This document shows positions 63,468 to 64,000 of a stretch of 64,000 bases of DNA, one piece after another. The notes under the pieces were generated by a model that was not told the origin of the DNA, made no database searches, and worked only from the letters and a program-made list of their open reading frames with translations. This stretch comes from Planctomycetaceae bacterium (lineage in GTDB: Bacteria > Planctomycetota > PLA2). Position 1 is the first letter of the stretch. Each line of letters begins with the position of its first letter. Both the position numbers and the translations under genes were made by a program. The DNA is taken from NCBI GenBank assembly GCA_052388375.1, contig JBQTIG010000035.1:3166-67165 (forward strand), written 5' to 3'.

Positions 63468-64000
63468 TCACCCCACCTGGCGCCACTCGAAGCCGTCGCT
63501 GCCGCGCGAGCCGACCGCCGTTCGCCCGGTGACGCCGAGGGACGCGGGCTCGAAGGCCGCCACCGCGGGCGGTTCGAACTCGCCCGCGTACTCCGCGCCG
63601 CGATTCTCCAGAACGTCGCCCGCCTGGTTCACGAAGAGGGTGGGCAACCCCTCCTCCACCGGCCAGGCGTAGCAGCACCAGGCGCCTTCGGCCAAGTCGG
63701 GATCGAGTTGGTGCGCGGCATACCCGCCCCCGTCCCGCTCGGCGACCCCTTGGTGGCCGGCGAGGGGGAGATAGATGCGGTAGTGGTAGCCGCCGCGGGT
63801 CACGCGGCCGCCCTTCACTTCGCGGAACGCGGCGCTGAGCACGGGGGGATTGAGCGGCTTGCCGTCGCGCACGGGACAGGCGCCGGACAATTCGCCGAAC
63901 GAGCCGAACTCGCCGACGCCGTCCGCGTCCTCGTCGGCGCGCGCCGTGGCCTGGAACTGCGCCTGGGCGGAGATGATGTTGCGAAGGGTCGCGACGGCGC
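63468..64000 (-). CDS. Type IV pilin-like/DUF2950-like protein, 5'-truncated by the window edge
   Basis: Frame is open from the edge: 'AVATLRNIISAQAQFQ...DEDADGVGEFG', 'GGYHY', 'WCCYAWP' and 'FVNQAG'. Confidence 0.7.
   Translation of the reverse strand, partial: AVATLRNIISAQAQFQATARADEDADGVGEFGSFGELSGACPVRDGKPLNPPVLSAAFREVKGGRVTRGGYHYRIYLPLAGHQGVAERDGGGYAAHQLDPDLAEGAWCCYAWPVEEGLPTLFVNQAGDVLENRGAEYAGEFEPPAVAAFEPASLGVTGRTAVGSRGSDGFEWRQVG

Overview
Very GC-rich bacterial chromosome segment. The gene content (DUF1800/DUF1501 pair, NfeD-FloA, GLSLG-type FabD, eukaryote-like UDP-GlcNAc pyrophosphorylase, HEAT/TPR and pilin-like secreted proteins) suggests a Planctomycetota-like diderm; this is inference. 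About 55 kb is housekeeping DNA: pepA, speB, dinB, ddl, rpmF-plsX-fabD-fabG-acpP-fabF, alaS, recA, thpR, lolC/E-lolD, gpmI, a lone rplC, a TonB-dependent receptor, an M1 aminopeptidase and two tRNA-Leu genes. A decayed accessory island at about 36476-44700 holds four IS remnants, a frameshifted polymorphic-toxin C-terminus with an intact CPCC immunity-type gene, a decapitated VapC with an intact Phd antitoxin, a Gly-rich secreted protein, and a 3' tRNA fragment (att-like) next to 9-bp periodic repeats. Other notable signals: an rplC outside the S10 operon, many -10 boxes 6-12 nt upstream of start codons (leaderless-type transcription), a [D/E]RR-repeat protein, a probably inactive alpha/beta-hydrolase with a sigma-54-like promoter, and an RseB/LolA-fold gene beside lolCD. 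No CRISPR array or rRNA was seen. All calls come from motif recognition by eye; no database search was run.
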